Positions 18,915 to 28,007 of a DNA stretch of 64,000 bases are shown piece after piece (positions within the stretch are counted from its first letter, which is position 1; the number at the start of each line of letters is the position of its first letter). Source of the stretch: Bacteroidia bacterium (GTDB lineage: Bacteria; Bacteroidota; Bacteroidia; M30B66). The notes beneath the pieces were generated by a model. That model was not told the origin of the DNA. It ran no database searches and saw only the letters and a list, made by a program, of their open reading frames with translations. The stretch lies in NCBI GenBank assembly GCA_965279035.1, contig OZ257142.1, positions 3,936,001 through 4,000,000 on the forward strand. The letters run 5' to 3'. The position numbers were made by a program, and so were the translations under genes.

Positions 18915-18961
18915 CATAATAAATTATTAAAAAACAAAATGTTTTTTAATAATTTATTATG
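18915..18961. repeat. Perfect 22-bp AT-rich inverted repeat with 3-nt loop
   Basis: CATAATAAATTATTAAAAAACA-AAA-TGTTTTTTAATAATTTATTATG. Confidence 0.9.
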
Positions 18962-18994
18962 CAGCATACCGCTAGCCCTAGCCCTGCCCCAGGG

Positions 18995-19110
18995 CCCGGA
19001 TTGAAATCCGGGGGTGCTGGTTGTGAAGTTCCGGATATAGAGATTTAAGTTTTGATTCCAATTTGCATCCCTCTTGCCAGTAGCCCCGGATTTCAATCCG
19101 GGGGTGCTGG
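18995..19110 (+). repeat. REP-like palindromes (CCYYGGA-N6-TCCRRGG family), cluster A, 2 copies
   Basis: CCCGGATTGAAATCCGGG (18995) and GTAG-CCCCGGATTTCAATCCGGGG (19084), each followed by GTGCTGG. Confidence 0.85.
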
Positions 19111-19149
19111 ATGAAGTGCAAGTAAATTCAACTAGATATAGAGCATGAG

Positions 19150-19245
19150 CGATTGCAATGGAAAACCCGCAATGTATGCCATAGCCTTGGCGAAGGCATA
19201 CGTGAGGTTCCGATAGCTATCGGAATGGAATGGAAAGCGCGGCCA
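19150..19245 (+). repeat. Dispersed repeat (GAAAASCCGC...GAGG...GAAAGCSCGG family), copy 1, with nested palindromes
   Basis: Aligns with 51700-51780; contains TATGCCATAGCCTTGGCGAAGGCATA and TTCCGATAGCTATCGGAA. Confidence 0.75.
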
Positions 19246-19310
19246 CATAGTGGCATGCCCAAACAATAAAAATAAAATTCTGTCGTAGCTTTGACTTTCA
19301 GCTCGAGCCG

Positions 19311-19478
19311 ATGTTTTTAAAAAAGATTCTCTATTACTTGGATATTCGAACCTTATTTCGTCCGAACGAAAAGAAGGTAAATGCCAATGTTCGGTTTATG
19401 AATGGAATGAACCGGATTAGTATTTTTATGTTTCTGTTTGCTTTAGTGGTCTTGTTGATTCGTTATCTGAAACACTAA
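19311..19478 (+). CDS. Small membrane protein (55 aa, DUF6728-like), absent from the ORF track
   Basis: MFLKKILYYLDIRTLFRPNEKKVNANVRFMNGMNRISIFMFLFALVVLLIRYLKH*; TAGCTTTG -7 element at 19286-19293. Confidence 0.75.
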   Translation: MFLKKILYYLDIRTLFRPNEKKVNANVRFMNGMNRISIFMFLFALVVLLIRYLKH

Positions 19479-19481
19479 ATA

Positions 19482-22400
19482 CTATTGCTTTACAATACGT
19501 TGGGTAGAAGAAATTTTACCTTCAGTTTCCACTTTAAGCAAGTATGTTCCTGATGCCAAATTGGATGTAGGAATTTGAATTTGCTGGTTTACAGTAGGAA
19601 TGACTTGTTGATGAAGTAGCATGCGACCGCTTAGATCAAATAGGTAAACTTGCGTTTGAGAAGTTGCATTTATAAATCGAATGCTCAGTTGATCGTGAAA
19701 TGGATTGGGTGAAATTTGAAATAGATTGGAACTAAGTTCTGCAATAGCTTCTGGACGTTGAACAGTAAAATTCGTGTCGAGTGAACAACCTGCTGCATCT
19801 GTAATAGTAACATGGTAGGTGCCCGGTGCGAGGTAGTTTACAGTTAAGTCGTTTAAGCCTACAATTTCGTCCCAAGAAGTATGATACGGTTCGAGACCAC
19901 CAAACATTGTAATGAATATAAAACCATTGTCGGCATTGAGGGAAGCGTTGCCCACATTAGCAGTTAATGACAATGAAGGTACAACCGTAATGGTTTGTGT
20001 GCGATCGTCGGTGCCTAAGCTAGTATTGCTAGTAAAGGTGGTTGTGTAAGTTCCTGGATAGAAATAGGTAACATCAACAACACCGTTGTTAGAAACAGAG
20101 GGCAAACCACCCGCAAAATCCCATGAAACACTGTCGGAAATGGGTTGTGTGATATCGGAATAAGTAATAGTACTACCGGCACATACTGTAATTTGACTAG
20201 CAGTAAAGTTGGCAAAATCGGTACTTGAGCAAAATGGAGGTGTGTCAAAAGCTGCTAATCCATCGTACACATCTTCGGAGCTACCTTGATCGGCGCTATA
20301 TCCTAATCCACGACGGGCAAAGGTGTTCCATATTAAGCACTTATTTGCTCCTGCATAGTTGAGTTCATCGGCTTGTAAAATGGCATCACGAGAATCTACA
20401 AATCCGGGAGAACATACTTGAAGTCGCATACCATCCATTACTAATTGAATGGTTTTGTTGTTTCCCCCTGTGCCATTAATTAGGTCTTGATCGTAGCCAT
20501 ACACATCAATCATATTCCAATATAAATCCCATAAGATAGTACACCAGATTGTGCCTAATCCATGCGCTTCATCGAGATTGACAATTTCGTTGTATGTCAG
20601 AGGATTTATATTCATATCGCGAGAATAGGGATAGACGCGAATTCCAGGTCCATTAACATCAGTACCTTGCACATAATTCCCTACAGCTCTAGGCGCATTG
20701 GCTGTATTATCGGGAGTTGCAGTCATGATGAGTGCAAAGAAATCGCTCCAACCCTCGCCAGCTTGTTCGGCATTGTACAAACAATCGACATTGAGCGGTC
20801 CACCAGTTAAACGGTTTGAAACACCATGTCCATATTCATGAGCAACAACTCCATTATCAAAACTGGAGTCGAAGAAATTCATATCGGAATTAATATTGAT
20901 TGTTACGTTTAAATTTCCTGTTAATGCAGCTCGAATAGTATTACCGTCTTCTTGAGAAATCATTAAAGAAGGAATGCTAATACCTGGATCTCCGCCACCC
21001 ATGCTAAAAGGAGTTCCAGTTTCGTTATTTGCAACAATAACGGCAATTGCACCCATCAATTCGGCATTAAATACTTTATCAGCAAAATAACAATTACCAC
21101 GATCAATTAGAACAATCTTCCCTGTTAAATCATCGATTGATGAACCACAACCTTCGGTAGGATTTATTTCCCCATCGTTCATTAAAACAAGTTGACCAGT
21201 AATGGGTATTGGTGTGGATTGAGCTCCGAAAGTTGAAACAGCCGAAACATAAACTCCTGCGATAGAAGAAGGCGAATTGACAGTTAAATAAGAACCTAAA
21301 TTATTTCCCCAAAGATACATTTGCATGCGAGGTGATTCCCCATCGGGAGGAGTTCCGAAATTGGCGTTGTTCGTTCCGCTGCCATCAAAAGCTTCGGCAT
21401 TCACAGGATCTAAACTACCGTCGACATTGGTGTAATTATCGTTTTGGAAATTTCCACTTGTTTCATCAAAACCATAATGCCAAAGCACATCATGCAAACG
21501 GTTATTATCGTAAAATAAATTAGTAATAGATGCACTTCGGTTTCCAAGAGGATTGCTGTTCGGAGCAGTTGTGAAGGGGAAATCGAAACTGAGAAGTGCC
21601 CCTCCATCCACATAATCATCAGGGAGATCGTCGTTGTTTTGATCATCGTATGCATTGACATTATTTCCAATTGTACGTGTATCATCTGCTCCATCAATAC
21701 CATCGAGATCGTGCCAGCCGTATGGAGATGCTATAAGATCGGAAGGATTTGTAAGTAATACGCGCGGTCCATTGAGCGGACTTTCTAAAGGATACGGAAA
21801 CACTCGGTATTGTGATCCATCCGATTGCAATTGATCTACAGTTTCTAAATTTTTATTGGAGATAGGTTTTGCACCTGAAGGAAAATGTGGAGCATCAAAT
21901 TGACAACTCAGTGTGTGATTATGTGATTCGAGAATATTTCCAGTAGCAGCATCGATGCGAATTTGCCATTGAGCATCAGAATTTACTGGCGTGAAACGGA
22001 ATGTGAAACAATCGAAAAGCTGAGCATCTTTACTAGGAAAATAAAGTCGTTCGATATAGATGAATCCTTTAACACCGGCTTGTTTGGCTTTCCAATAATT
22101 GACTTTTATTTCTTTTATATCGGTAAAACGAATTTCCTTTTCAATTCCTTTCGATTGAAGTGCTTTACTTGCTGCATTTTCCATTGTTAATGAAGAAGCG
22201 CTATTGGGAACACGAGAGCGGACATCTTTTATAAAATGACATTGTGTGCTAAACAGCTTTCCATTTTTATCAATGGTCACTTGCATATCAGCTCCAAACA
22301 CCGGCATTTCATCCACATACTGGCGCAACCAGATAACTTGCATTGTTCCATTTTTTGACTGGTAATGACTGCTTACTCGAACATTTTCGAAATCGGATGT

Positions 22401-22517
22401 ACTTAGTTTACAGCTATCCTTCAATTGAGGGATAAACGTTTTCCAATCGGCTTTTTGGGCATTCGAGACGAAAATGCAAAAGCAAAATAGAACGAGTAAG
22501 TGTAATTTTTTAGTCAT
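19482..22517 (-). CDS. M36 (fungalysin) metallopeptidase with PA insert, PKD and T9SS CTD
   Basis: FTP propeptide; YGFDETSGNFQ; NNANFGTPPDG.SPRMQMYLW; PA domain (DRGNC.F..K); HEYGH...GEGWSDF; CTD ISPNPF. Confidence 0.92.
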   Translation of the reverse strand: MTKKLHLLVLFCFCIFVSNAQKADWKTFIPQLKDSCKLSTSDFENVRVSSHYQSKNGTMQVIWLRQYVDEMPVFGADMQVTIDKNGKLFSTQCHFIKDVRSRVPNSASSLTMENAASKALQSKGIEKEIRFTDIKEIKVNYWKAKQAGVKGFIYIERLYFPSKDAQLFDCFTFRFTPVNSDAQWQIRIDAATGNILESHNHTLSCQFDAPHFPSGAKPISNKNLETVDQLQSDGSQYRVFPYPLESPLNGPRVLLTNPSDLIASPYGWHDLDGIDGADDTRTIGNNVNAYDDQNNDDLPDDYVDGGALLSFDFPFTTAPNSNPLGNRSASITNLFYDNNRLHDVLWHYGFDETSGNFQNDNYTNVDGSLDPVNAEAFDGSGTNNANFGTPPDGESPRMQMYLWGNNLGSYLTVNSPSSIAGVYVSAVSTFGAQSTPIPITGQLVLMNDGEINPTEGCGSSIDDLTGKIVLIDRGNCYFADKVFNAELMGAIAVIVANNETGTPFSMGGGDPGISIPSLMISQEDGNTIRAALTGNLNVTININSDMNFFDSSFDNGVVAHEYGHGVSNRLTGGPLNVDCLYNAEQAGEGWSDFFALIMTATPDNTANAPRAVGNYVQGTDVNGPGIRVYPYSRDMNINPLTYNEIVNLDEAHGLGTIWCTILWDLYWNMIDVYGYDQDLINGTGGNNKTIQLVMDGMRLQVCSPGFVDSRDAILQADELNYAGANKCLIWNTFARRGLGYSADQGSSEDVYDGLAAFDTPPFCSSTDFANFTASQITVCAGSTITYSDITQPISDSVSWDFAGGLPSVSNNGVVDVTYFYPGTYTTTFTSNTSLGTDDRTQTITVVPSLSLTANVGNASLNADNGFIFITMFGGLEPYHTSWDEIVGLNDLTVNYLAPGTYHVTITDAAGCSLDTNFTVQRPEAIAELSSNLFQISPNPFHDQLSIRFINATSQTQVYLFDLSGRMLLHQQVIPTVNQQIQIPTSNLASGTYLLKVETEGKISSTQRIVKQ

Positions 22518-22519
22518 AG

Positions 22520-23008
22520 TTATTTGAGAATGCAGCTGCATTGTTTAACATGATTCGATCGGATGCGTTTATTGATATGAGCAATCGAATTGTTGCTTGG
22601 ATCATATACACCACAATAATATAGATTTTTAAAAGGTTTCTTCGTTTTAATGTGTTGTAACAAAACTGTTAACGAAGGAACTTCTTTGAGATTTGCATAT
22701 TCCTCTAATGTATAATCGAGAAAAGCAGTATTGGCTGAAATTCCACGAACATCAAGCCACCAGCCTTTGCGAAGCTTTTGAGGAAGAAGCATCGTTTTTA
22801 CATCGGCAGGTGAAGGATAGGCAACAATTTGGTTTCCATCGGTCGATAAAGTGACCGGAACGAGTGTTTCCCAAGGACCGTTTAATTGATAGACAATAGC
22901 GTTCGGACCGGGAATTAAAAAAGGGGAATACGAAATCTGTTTTTCAGGATTCATCCAAGCAGAAATTCCGCCCATGAAAACAAAAACCAAGCTTAGTATT
23001 CCCCGCAT
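22520..23008 (-). CDS. Conserved hypothetical exported protein
   Basis: Signal-like N-terminus; tightly packed between the C10 and M36 protease genes (5-nt and 2-nt gaps). Confidence 0.7.
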   Translation of the reverse strand: MRGILSLVFVFMGGISAWMNPEKQISYSPFLIPGPNAIVYQLNGPWETLVPVTLSTDGNQIVAYPSPADVKTMLLPQKLRKGWWLDVRGISANTAFLDYTLEEYANLKEVPSLTVLLQHIKTKKPFKNLYYCGVYDPSNNSIAHINKRIRSNHVKQCSCILK

Positions 23009-23013
23009 AGTAC

Positions 23014-25587
23014 TTATTTCTGAATGGAAATAGTTCGTGTGAATGTTTGTTTTTCATTCATGTAACGCAACATATAAATTCCAGCGTCTAATCCATTTGT
23101 ATGAAGCTGAAATTGATTAGGCTTGCCTGTTACTTTCTCCGATTTTACCACTTGTCCTAATTCATTCATCAAGTCAATCCGACCATTTTCCAAACCAGCA
23201 GAATTGCTGATCCATAGATAATCTTTTGCTGGATTTGGATACACTTTCAAGTTCGATTCTTTTGCTTCATCAATACCTAAAATCGATCGCGAAACTTGGA
23301 TATCGAGTAAATAAGAACCTGTGTTTCCTGTAAAATAAGGAGAAACCTTAAACAGTACATTTCCACCATTGTTCAATAAAATGGCTTCGGGAGCAATATC
23401 ATCAATTGCAGGTGACGAACCCGAACCATCATCATACGAAAACACCGCATCAACTGTATACGTATTACCATTGCCAGAATTGTAAGAATCATGGATGCGT
23501 GGAGTGATTACATAATTGAATCCGGAAGGAAAACTCACCCCGTAATAATCTATGTCAGAACCCAAGTGAAAGTTAGAACCTGTAGTCAGTACCGAAGAAT
23601 TGGAGCCACTAAAAGTAGGTGTGAACACATAAGGTGATCCAGCAGCATCATTGTTTTCGTATTGATCAGGACTCAAAGGTGGTGCGACAACCGTAATGGT
23701 TATTGGATTGGTAAAATACGAACCACCTAATAAATAATATTGACCTGATCCTGATTCTTCACCCATCATAGCCAAAATATAGGTTCCTGGATTTACATTC
23801 AAATTCGCTGTAGAAAACGTTAAATATGGCGACAAATAAGAATATCCATAAGGTAAACCTTGCGTTTCATTTAATGTACCTATGGTTGTTACATACGTCC
23901 CTTCGAGATCATATAATGCACATGCATAAGTGCCTAGCCAGTCGTTTAAGCCTTCGTTAATCAAATTTACATTCACTGAAGCTGCTTGTCCACTTACGAA
24001 TTGAGTTGGACTTAGCGTCATATTGGAATACAATTGAATGTAGTTATAAGGTCCTAGAATAGTTACTGGGACTGGATTGTAGGCACCTGTTCCAGCATCA
24101 ATCAATTGCCAGTTTCCTGAACCTTGTTTGAATACGATAGCAACCAAATAATCGCCAGGAGTGGCAAGTATTCCCGTGGTGCTAAATGTTGCGTTCACAC
24201 TGGTACCAGCTGCAATGGTTTGGTTGGTGAATGTTTGAACAAAATCGACTAAATAGCCATCGGTTGTTACTACAGCAGCAGCAAAATCGGCAGTAAGGCT
24301 TGTTGAACCTGTATTGCTTACTGTTGCATATACATCAAAAGCAGAATTAAAATCGAGCTGAAATCCTGGATTGAGACTGATGCCCGAAGTGATCGATAAA
24401 GCAGCAGGAGCTGGAGGTGTTGTTCCGCCAGGTGGTTTGATACCTTTAATCACTTGTTGGTTGGAGTTGAATCCACCATCTCCCCCACCCGTTCCTAAAG
24501 ACGTAGGGTTTAGCGCATCTAAATTGAAGAAGCCATTGTTTTGATTGCTCCATCCCCAATTCATGTGGAAAAAGTTGTTATCGTCGTAGCCATCGCAAAC
24601 CCAAGTATGACCACCACCGCTACCAATTCCGGCATATTGCATTACGCGACCGGCATCGAGTTCGGCTTTCATCATGGCGATCCATTGTTGATCGGTTTGT
24701 GTTTGACGCATCACTCCTACCAAAGTACTTGCATCATATCCGAAATACGTTTTGTAAGCATATTCAGCACAATGTTGAACGGGTGATGCTGCAGCTACAA
24801 CATAAGCGCTACTTCCTCCAGTTTGCCCAACACCATAAGTCATTTCAACACTTACACCGCAATGGTACATGAGCTGAGCAATTTCGGCGTTGGCTGATGA
24901 AATTTGATTTGGCATAGCTGCCCAATTGTATGTTGCACTTCCAAAATTAGCCGATAAGGTTCCATAGGCTTGTGTATCGTAGGAATGAAAACCACTTCCT
25001 TGTGCAGGATAGGACCAGTATTTCATCACCATTGCCATGGCAGTTGCTACACATCCAGTAACCGTCCGATCGTTGTATTGGGTATTGAATGGACATTGCG
25101 CATTGTAATTAGGTGCTTGATCCCAACCAACTTGAAGCAAAGGACCAACAGTATTTCTCAATACATTGGAAGGTGTTTCAGCATTGCGGAATTTTGTCCA
25201 AGCAGTAGAAATTTGGGATGTTGCAGGAGCATCTTCGTTAATGATGTAGACAATTTCGTTGTGGTATTTTTCGAGCCAAGTAGTTACTTGCGGAGCTTGA
25301 TCATCAACCACATACTGTCCTTTTAAGGAATAGCCAAGGATGGGATATACTTGATCATCACCTGAGACGATAACGAATCCATCGGAAGCATTAATCTGAT
25401 AAATATAAAACACAGCTCGATCATCGTATTCATCGGCTTGAACGAGTGTGAGAAAATCGGGAGCTTGACCTTGCTGAATTCGGTAAAAATTAGCAGCAAT
25501 AGCACGTGCAGCATCTTGGGGAACTTCGTCGGCCCAAAGGGGAAGAAAAAAGATGCTAAGGAAGAGAGCGAGTAAGAGTGAACGCAT
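23014..25587 (-). CDS. C10 (streptopain/PrtT-like) cysteine protease with propeptide and T9SS CTD
   Basis: GFVIVSGDD..PILGYS propeptide; WDQ..YN; TGCVATAMA (Cys); GGHTWVCDGY (His); FHMNWGW; CTD VYPNPA. Confidence 0.93.
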   Translation of the reverse strand: MRSLLLALFLSIFFLPLWADEVPQDAARAIAANFYRIQQGQAPDFLTLVQADEYDDRAVFYIYQINASDGFVIVSGDDQVYPILGYSLKGQYVVDDQAPQVTTWLEKYHNEIVYIINEDAPATSQISTAWTKFRNAETPSNVLRNTVGPLLQVGWDQAPNYNAQCPFNTQYNDRTVTGCVATAMAMVMKYWSYPAQGSGFHSYDTQAYGTLSANFGSATYNWAAMPNQISSANAEIAQLMYHCGVSVEMTYGVGQTGGSSAYVVAAASPVQHCAEYAYKTYFGYDASTLVGVMRQTQTDQQWIAMMKAELDAGRVMQYAGIGSGGGHTWVCDGYDDNNFFHMNWGWSNQNNGFFNLDALNPTSLGTGGGDGGFNSNQQVIKGIKPPGGTTPPAPAALSITSGISLNPGFQLDFNSAFDVYATVSNTGSTSLTADFAAAVVTTDGYLVDFVQTFTNQTIAAGTSVNATFSTTGILATPGDYLVAIVFKQGSGNWQLIDAGTGAYNPVPVTILGPYNYIQLYSNMTLSPTQFVSGQAASVNVNLINEGLNDWLGTYACALYDLEGTYVTTIGTLNETQGLPYGYSYLSPYLTFSTANLNVNPGTYILAMMGEESGSGQYYLLGGSYFTNPITITVVAPPLSPDQYENNDAAGSPYVFTPTFSGSNSSVLTTGSNFHLGSDIDYYGVSFPSGFNYVITPRIHDSYNSGNGNTYTVDAVFSYDDGSGSSPAIDDIAPEAILLNNGGNVLFKVSPYFTGNTGSYLLDIQVSRSILGIDEAKESNLKVYPNPAKDYLWISNSAGLENGRIDLMNELGQVVKSEKVTGKPNQFQLHTNGLDAGIYMLRYMNEKQTFTRTISIQK

Positions 25588-25709
25588 AAACTTGGGTTAG
25601 AATGATTGAATCGGTGAGCTAAATCAAAGATATAATTTAAAGTGTGTGATGAATTAGATGGTTCAAAAAATTTGATAGTAATTTAAAACTAAGAAAAGGA
25701 TGAATGTAT

Positions 25710-27761
25710 TTAGTTCAATGAATTAATTAAATCGGATTGATAAGTTAATAAATCCATTTTGGTTAAGAAAAAATGACGGTAGACTAAAAAATTATAATCA
25801 TTCATGGCAGTAAATAGAATATTGAGATTATCCTCCCTGTATCTTTTACCACTGAAATAAGTTAAATCACTAGATACATAGCTTGTGTAATTTTGGAACA
25901 TAGCATCAGGAAGTTCACCTTTTAATATTTCAAGATTTAAAAGTGAACGAATGTCATTTTTGAATTCTATTTCCATAATAGCTAGGTCTTTTAGATTTAA
26001 TTCAATAATGTCAAACGTTGTAGTTTCTCGAATGAAATTACTTGCATTGGATATTTTCGTATAAAACTCCATTCGATTATCAAATGCTTTATCTAAGAGA
26101 AAAAACGTGCGGTATTTTTCTTTTAATGATCCCTCTTTTCCCTGTTTTGAGGCTTGAAACATGAAGAATTGATAGATTTGAATGTCATTCTGTTTAATTA
26201 ATTCTTTTCGAGATTCAATTTCTTTTTCAATAAGAATTAATAGAGAAACAGCCTCTTGGGATTTATATTTCTTTCCATCATAATCAAAGGTCTTTACAGG
26301 ATATTCGCCACTATTAATATTCGTTATTGTTATTTTATCATTTTCGAGTGCTATTAACTCATAAATTAAATCCACTTTTTCTCTACTAAATAAGGTTTCA
26401 AGATTTGATAAGTCATTATTTAATACAATCTCATCTACATCAAATAGGGTAAGATTTTTATTGTCGAAATACTCATTATAAATAGCAGGAAAACTATTAC
26501 TAGCAATCAATTTCGAAAAATCAGATTTAAAAGATTCTGGGGTTAAATCTTGTATTTTATTTTCATAAACAATAGTTGAAAATAATTTCTCAGTAAATAA
26601 TTCTTCCCATTTTTGAACATGATCAAATAATGAAATAGCAAGATTAGAATTGCTGTATGGTTTGACAATATTAAGTTTTTCTAAAGCTGTTATGCGTTCA
26701 ATAGTACTAGGATGTGAAGCCCATTGGTCTTTAATATTGAGTTTCGATTTATTGTATTTGCTTAAATCTTGATTGCTTAATAGTGGTAATTCATTTTTAA
26801 AAGAATAGTTATTTAATTGTGCTAAATAATTCAACACATACCGTTGATTTTGAAAGATATTCTTAGTTGTAATTCCATCAGCAACTCTATTTGTATAGTA
26901 ATTAATAACGGAAGAATAGGAGTGGTCGGATAAATCCATTCGTAATAATGATTCTTTAAGAGGAAGATAGCCTGCAACATTGGCCGCAACTTCATCGGCA
27001 TGGAATTCCATTTCACGAGAAAGTGCCATATAACTAATATTAACCAATTCATACATTTTCCTTAAAACTGATTGAATACCAGAAATAATTCCAACTGCTA
27101 TATTGACAAACAAAGAGAAATATCCGCTAATATTTGCCCATCGATCTATCATTTCCTGAAATGATTCATTGTCATAGAGCATGTTATAAATTACCTGATT
27201 TACATTGTAAACAAAGCTTCCCACTTTCATTGTTCGTTGTGAGAAATGGCCAAATTCGTGAGCCATAATGGCTTTAAATTCCTGTTCTGAAATGGTATTT
27301 ACGAGTCCGATTCCAATTTGCAGATTTTTACGGATTGGAAAAAACATACTCCAAAAGCTGGAATCGTAGAAAACACTGGCATTTACATCGCTCGACAAAT
27401 AAATCTTTTTCGGGAAATCAGTGCCTACTTCTTGAACAATTTCATTGATAAATTGAAACAAGCGAGGTTCTTGACTTTGAGTAATTTCGACTAAGTGACT
27501 TCGATCTATTTTATGTTTTTTAAACAAAAATTTAAAAAGGAATATGAGAATAAAAAAGCCAAGACTAGCAATGCCTAAACCTAATCCGATTGTAATAACC
27601 ATTGGCTTAAATACAATTAATGCAATGCCTGCAACTCCACAAAAAATTGTTAACCCAATGGCTAAAGCCAATAATAAAATATAGACTAACATGAATAAGA
27701 CAATTGAAAAAATTGCCTTGGTAGTCATTTTCTTAAAACTCGAAGATGTTTGAATTTGCAT
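25710..27761 (-). CDS. M48 family membrane metalloprotease
   Basis: N-terminal TMs; DVNASV; AHEFGHF; REMEFHAD; SHPST.ERI. Confidence 0.88.
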   Translation of the reverse strand: MQIQTSSSFKKMTTKAIFSIVLFMLVYILLLALAIGLTIFCGVAGIALIVFKPMVITIGLGLGIASLGFFILIFLFKFLFKKHKIDRSHLVEITQSQEPRLFQFINEIVQEVGTDFPKKIYLSSDVNASVFYDSSFWSMFFPIRKNLQIGIGLVNTISEQEFKAIMAHEFGHFSQRTMKVGSFVYNVNQVIYNMLYDNESFQEMIDRWANISGYFSLFVNIAVGIISGIQSVLRKMYELVNISYMALSREMEFHADEVAANVAGYLPLKESLLRMDLSDHSYSSVINYYTNRVADGITTKNIFQNQRYVLNYLAQLNNYSFKNELPLLSNQDLSKYNKSKLNIKDQWASHPSTIERITALEKLNIVKPYSNSNLAISLFDHVQKWEELFTEKLFSTIVYENKIQDLTPESFKSDFSKLIASNSFPAIYNEYFDNKNLTLFDVDEIVLNNDLSNLETLFSREKVDLIYELIALENDKITITNINSGEYPVKTFDYDGKKYKSQEAVSLLILIEKEIESRKELIKQNDIQIYQFFMFQASKQGKEGSLKEKYRTFFLLDKAFDNRMEFYTKISNASNFIRETTTFDIIELNLKDLAIMEIEFKNDIRSLLNLEILKGELPDAMFQNYTSYVSSDLTYFSGKRYREDNLNILFTAMNDYNFLVYRHFFLTKMDLLTYQSDLINSLN

Positions 27762-27932
27762 GAGATAGCTTTTAACCTAGGGCACAGAAATTAATTGAAA
27801 TACGAATTCTGTTTTATTAAATCTTTCCAAAATTATAAGAAACTGTATTATATAGAAATTTCTATCCATTTCTTTCCCTATTTGCAAATTTCAGATTTAA
27901 ACTTCAGGGTTATTTCAAAGTTTTTCTAGATT

Positions 27933-27963
27933 AAAAAACTCCGTACAAAATGACGGAGTTTTT
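27933..27963. terminator. Intrinsic (bidirectional-type) terminator
   Basis: AAAAAACTCCGT-ACAAAATG-ACGGAGTTTTT. Confidence 0.7.
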
Positions 27964-28007
27964 AATTAATTATTTCTATAGGTGCAAATAAATCCCTTTT
28001 ATTTATG

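Noticed and set aside
18995-19103. Bacteroidota LexA boxes (GGA-N5-TCC)
   Set aside because: Spacing in the repeats is N6, and they sit in intergenic repeat clusters rather than at SOS gene promoters.
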